This document shows positions 60,805 to 64,000 of a DNA stretch of 64,000 bases, one piece after another. A program made the position numbers and the translations under genes. Location of the stretch: positions 125,200 to 189,199 of the forward strand of contig JAVZBY010000003.1 in assembly GCA_038874655.1 (NCBI GenBank). The letters run 5' to 3'. How positions within the stretch are numbered: position 1 is the stretch's first letter; each line of letters starts with the position of its first letter. This stretch comes from Candidatus Woesearchaeota archaeon (GTDB lineage Archaea > Nanobdellota > Nanobdellia > Woesearchaeales > GW2011-AR15). The notes beneath the pieces are model-generated. The model saw only the letters and a list, made by a program, of their open reading frames with translations. It did not search any database and was not told the origin of the DNA.

Positions 60805-61314
60805 TTATTGGTTTTCTGCTTTCTTTTTTTTTGATTTTTTATTTGTTGTATCTATAACTCTTACATTATGCCCTAATTCCAAAGCTTCCATTCTACAAAC
60901 ATCAAAAATCTCAGCATCTAAGTTTTCTCTAATTTTATGTTTTGAATACCCTCTTTTCTCTAGCCTCTTTTTTAATTTCTTCAATTCGCATTTGGTTATG
61001 ATACATAAATCTACATATTTTTTAGGTAAGTAGTGAGATAAGTGAGAATCAATAACAATTCCCTTTGTTTTTTTATCTTTTTTTTTCTCTTTAATTATTT
61101 CTATAAGTGCTTTATTTAAATTATCAGTATCAATTATTTTAGTATTTCTTTTTTTATCATATCCGGATATTATTTTATATTTATTGTTATAAATCTCTAT
61201 AATTTTATTTACATCAATATATTCATAATTTTTTTCTTTCGCCAAATTTTTTGCTATTGTTGTTTTTCCTGTTCCTGGAGTTCCTGATACAATAATAACT
61301 TTCATACTTTTCAT
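60805..61314 (-). CDS. Putative adenylate kinase (AK6/Fap7 family)
   Basis: SGTPGTGKTT, IDSHLSH, RLEKRGYSKHKIRENLDAEI. Confidence 0.92.
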   Translation of the reverse strand: MKSMKVIIVSGTPGTGKTTIAKNLAKEKNYEYIDVNKIIEIYNNKYKIISGYDKKRNTKIIDTDNLNKALIEIIKEKKKDKKTKGIVIDSHLSHYLPKKYVDLCIITKCELKKLKKRLEKRGYSKHKIRENLDAEIFDVCRMEALELGHNVRVIDTTNKKSKKKKAENQ

Positions 61315-61406
61315 TATATTACTGAAATATAAAAAACTATTTAAATCAATAAACTATTTTATATGTGATATATCTTTTAATTTATGGTTGTAAGGAGGTC
61401 ATTAAA

Positions 61407-61673
61407 ATGTTAAAAATGAAAAGAATCTCAGAATGCTATGAAATGAAAGTTTTTACAGATGAAGGAGATTATTTTGGAGATGTTGAAGAAATAATATTAA
61501 CAACTAACAAAATAACTGGTTGGCGTGTAAAAGCAACTAAAAATTCTTTTTTAAACACTGTTTTAGGAAGTGCAAAAGGAGTAATTGTTCCTCATCAATT
61601 AGTTAAAGCTATTGGAGATATAATGATAATTAACAAATCTGCTGTTCCTTCTTATGACCCAGATGAGGAATAA
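61407..61673 (+). CDS. PRC-barrel domain protein (CdpB-like)
   Basis: KVFTDEGDYFGDVEEI...VPHQLVKAIGDIMII; GGAGGT ribosome-binding site before ATG 61407. Confidence 0.85.
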   Translation: MLKMKRISECYEMKVFTDEGDYFGDVEEIILTTNKITGWRVKATKNSFLNTVLGSAKGVIVPHQLVKAIGDIMIINKSAVPSYDPDEE

Positions 61674-61742
61674 ATAAAAAAATAACAAATAGGACTAAAT
61701 TTAAAAAAAATAACTTTTTTCTTTTCTATAATTTTATTTAAT

Positions 61743-61878
61743 GCGCAGGTAGTGAAGTGGTCAAACACGATAGACTCAAGAAATTTGAGTGTTGAGCTTT
61801 ATGCTATGAAAAACACTTGCCCATTATGAGGAATCTATTCCCTTAGTGGGTTCGCAGGTTCGAATCCTGCCCTGCGCA
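61743..61878 (+). tRNA. tRNA-Leu(CAA) with a 52-nt canonical 37/38 intron (61781-61832)
   Basis: GCGCAGG/CCTGCGC acceptor stem, ATAGA-CTCAAG|A-TCTAT anticodon arm; BHB CTCA-AG|A ... TGAG-GA|A; long variable arm. Confidence 0.93.
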
Positions 61879-61988
61879 GTTTTTATTTTGATTTAAAAAA
61901 TTTATTCTATCTAATTAAAAAGAACATTTATATAATAAGAAAGATTTGTTATAGTTATAATTGTTATAAAATAGTGTGAGGTGAGCAT

Positions 61989-62639
61989 ATGAAAAAAAAA
62001 CTTGTTTTATTAAGTCTTATTTTGGTTTTGACTTTTATGAGTGTTTCTGCAAAGAACAAATTTTTTTTAAAAGAAATGTTTAAAGACAATGATTATACAA
62101 ATAACCCTGTTTGGGAATTAGGCTTAGGTGGGAATGTATATTTAGTTAATGGCGTTCTACATCATGATGGTATAAATCTTGATGATTCAGATAGATATTG
62201 GTCATTACTTAGCACAAATACCATTTTTTCAACAAAAGATTATTTAGAATTGTCATTTAAGGGTTTGTTAAAATCAGAAGGAAACCCACAAGAAGGTAGG
62301 GGTATAATTTTAGCTCTTTACTCTTCTGACAAAAAAAAGAGATATGACATTAGAATACAAGATGGATTTACTAGTGGTTTTCCAATAAACCAACATTCTA
62401 TTTCCTTAGGATATGGTGATGAAGATTCATTAGGGGATTATATAGTAACTTCATTTGTGCCTGAAAGAGACAGATTTTATAACATAAAAGCGGTAAGAAA
62501 AAATAATCTATGGTCATTATATGTAGATGGTGTTTTAATTGGAACACATGAAGATACTTTAAAAATAAAAGAATTTAGCATGGTTCAAATGCCTTTAGTT
62601 GGAAGTGTTGCTATTGACAACATAAAAGTAAGAAATTAG
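61989..62639 (+). CDS. Secreted beta-sandwich protein (ConA/LamG-like)
   Basis: Signal peptide; YNIKAVRKNNLWSLYVDGVLIG...IDNIKV; GAGGTGA ribosome-binding site. Confidence 0.65.
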   Translation: MKKKLVLLSLILVLTFMSVSAKNKFFLKEMFKDNDYTNNPVWELGLGGNVYLVNGVLHHDGINLDDSDRYWSLLSTNTIFSTKDYLELSFKGLLKSEGNPQEGRGIILALYSSDKKKRYDIRIQDGFTSGFPINQHSISLGYGDEDSLGDYIVTSFVPERDRFYNIKAVRKNNLWSLYVDGVLIGTHEDTLKIKEFSMVQMPLVGSVAIDNIKVRN

Positions 62640-62703
62640 TTTCTCTTTTTTTATTATTTTATTAAACAATATCTTTATATCTTTTTGATATTTTTCAAGC
62701 AAC

Positions 62704-63249
62704 ATGAAGCTACTATATTTATTATCTATTATGACTCTTTTTTCACATTTAGCTTTAATAACACTTTTATTTATATATATTTTAAAAAAAGAGTTTTTTA
62801 AAAATTTTTTAAAAATTTTTTATAAATATAGCCTATTTTTTGCTTTTCTAGTTTCTCTTGTTTCTACTATTGGAAGTTTAAGCTTTTCAGAAATCTTAAA
62901 ATTAGAACCTTGTAGATTATGCTGGTTTCAAAGAATATTTATGTATCCTTTAGTTATATTATTAGGATTGCCATTGTTCATTAAAAAATTTAGAAAAGAT
63001 TTTTTTGTTTTAAAAAAATACATTATTTTATTAGCCTTAATTGGAAGTTTATTTTCAATATATCATCATACATTACAAATATTCGGTTCTTTTTTTAATC
63101 AAAACTATATCTGCGATGTTAATGGGATATCATGTTCAACAGCCTATTTTCAATTTGGTTATATAACTATTCCTTTAATGGCTTTGACTTCATTTATTAT
63201 GATTATTTTTATTATATCTGTAAATAAAAGAAATTTTAAAAAAATATAA
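62704..63249 (+). CDS. dsbB: Disulfide bond formation protein B (DsbB/BdbC-like)
   Basis: GSLSFSE...PCRLCWFQRIFMYP; second Cys pair CDVNGISC; ITIPLMAL. Confidence 0.92.
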   Translation: MKLLYLLSIMTLFSHLALITLLFIYILKKEFFKNFLKIFYKYSLFFAFLVSLVSTIGSLSFSEILKLEPCRLCWFQRIFMYPLVILLGLPLFIKKFRKDFFVLKKYIILLALIGSLFSIYHHTLQIFGSFFNQNYICDVNGISCSTAYFQFGYITIPLMALTSFIMIIFIISVNKRNFKKI

Positions 63250-63261
63250 TCTAAAAAAATC

Positions 63262-63819
63262 TTAATTAAAACCAATTTCTTTTAATTTTTCAATGTTCTC
63301 GCTTTTCTTTACTTTTATTTCATAATAATATGTTGTTGGGCAAACATTACAAGCTTGACAAACTATTCTATCTGTTTCTATTTTCTCAAAACTCACTAGT
63401 TCTATATTGAATGCATTACTCAGATAAACAGTTATAACTTCCTTTTCTGTCGGTGCTTTTACCCATCTAATATCGCTTGTTTTTATCCATTTCTCCCAAG
63501 GTGTTTCTTCACATTGCTTTGGTTGATATATTAATGCTATTATTTCATTATTATTTTCAATACTATTATTTGGACATTCATTTCTAAAAAAAGCCCATTC
63601 ATCACATTCAATGCCATTAGGCAAAACACAAATTCCTTTTTGACCTTGTTCTGTTTCTATTATTTTTACTTGACCTTTATTTTCAACGCAATATTTTGAT
63701 GCTGGATTTGTTATTCCAAAATTTTCATTTTCTTTATCAATTTCTTTGTTCTGACAAGCGCTAATCAAAACCATGACTAAAAAAAATCCTACTAAAAAAA
63801 TTCTTTTCATTTTTCTCAC
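63262..63819 (-). CDS. DUF333-domain lipoprotein
   Basis: LISAC lipobox; TNPASKYCVENKG...GICVLPNGIECDEWAFFRNEC; extra Cys-rich domain (CQACNVCP). Confidence 0.85.
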   Translation of the reverse strand: MRKMKRIFLVGFFLVMVLISACQNKEIDKENENFGITNPASKYCVENKGQVKIIETEQGQKGICVLPNGIECDEWAFFRNECPNNSIENNNEIIALIYQPKQCEETPWEKWIKTSDIRWVKAPTEKEVITVYLSNAFNIELVSFEKIETDRIVCQACNVCPTTYYYEIKVKKSENIEKLKEIGFN

Positions 63820-64000
63820 CTAAAATAAGAAAGATCTTTTTATATTTAAATAAAGTTATAGGTTCAATTTAAATTGAAGTTAATTTAAATCTTATCAATA
63901 TTTAAAACTAAACTTATAAAAAGTATAAAATTTATAAACAAATAATTTTTTTAATATATAAATTACAAATGACTTTCCCAATTACAAAAAAACATGAATT

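Noticed and set aside
61781-61832. Box C/D-like words (ATGAGGA, TTGA) in the tRNA-Leu(CAA) intron
   Set aside because: TGAGGA is required for the BHB junction, and the order and spacing do not fit a C/D guide RNA.
61879-63819. Possible integrated element downstream of tRNA-Leu(CAA), and likewise after tRNA-Gly
   Set aside because: No integrase and no duplicated tRNA 3' end (att site) were seen in the window.

Overview
A very AT-rich archaeal chromosomal segment, most consistent with a DPANN archaeon of the Woesearchaeales/Nanoarchaeota type. This assignment is inferred from rpl18e, Rpo3, GGTGA/GAGGT ribosome-binding sites, BHB-type tRNA introns and the style of the hypothetical proteins. In order, the window holds: the 3' end of cas1, cas2 and a 15-repeat CRISPR array; the S13-S4-S11-Rpo3-tRNA-Leu-L18e-L13-S9 cluster; housekeeping genes (CutA, aminotransferase, translin, dut, tmk, valS, ogg); two giant Cys-rich surface proteins; a five-gene type IV pilin-like cluster; a copper-resistance cluster; UppP; a CPA2 antiporter; a phage T5 A1-like metallophosphoesterase; glmM-glmU-glmS with a divergent HTH regulator; Maf, AK6, a PRC-barrel protein and DsbB. 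Five of the six tRNA genes carry introns, three of them at non-canonical positions. The most interesting candidate system is a pilin-like protein with a C-terminal cohesin-like domain, encoded directly upstream of a 1524-aa secreted protein that has a dockerin-like domain and no membrane anchor, which suggests cohesin-dockerin docking of an adhesin onto a pilus. All family assignments come from motif recognition by eye; no database searches were run.
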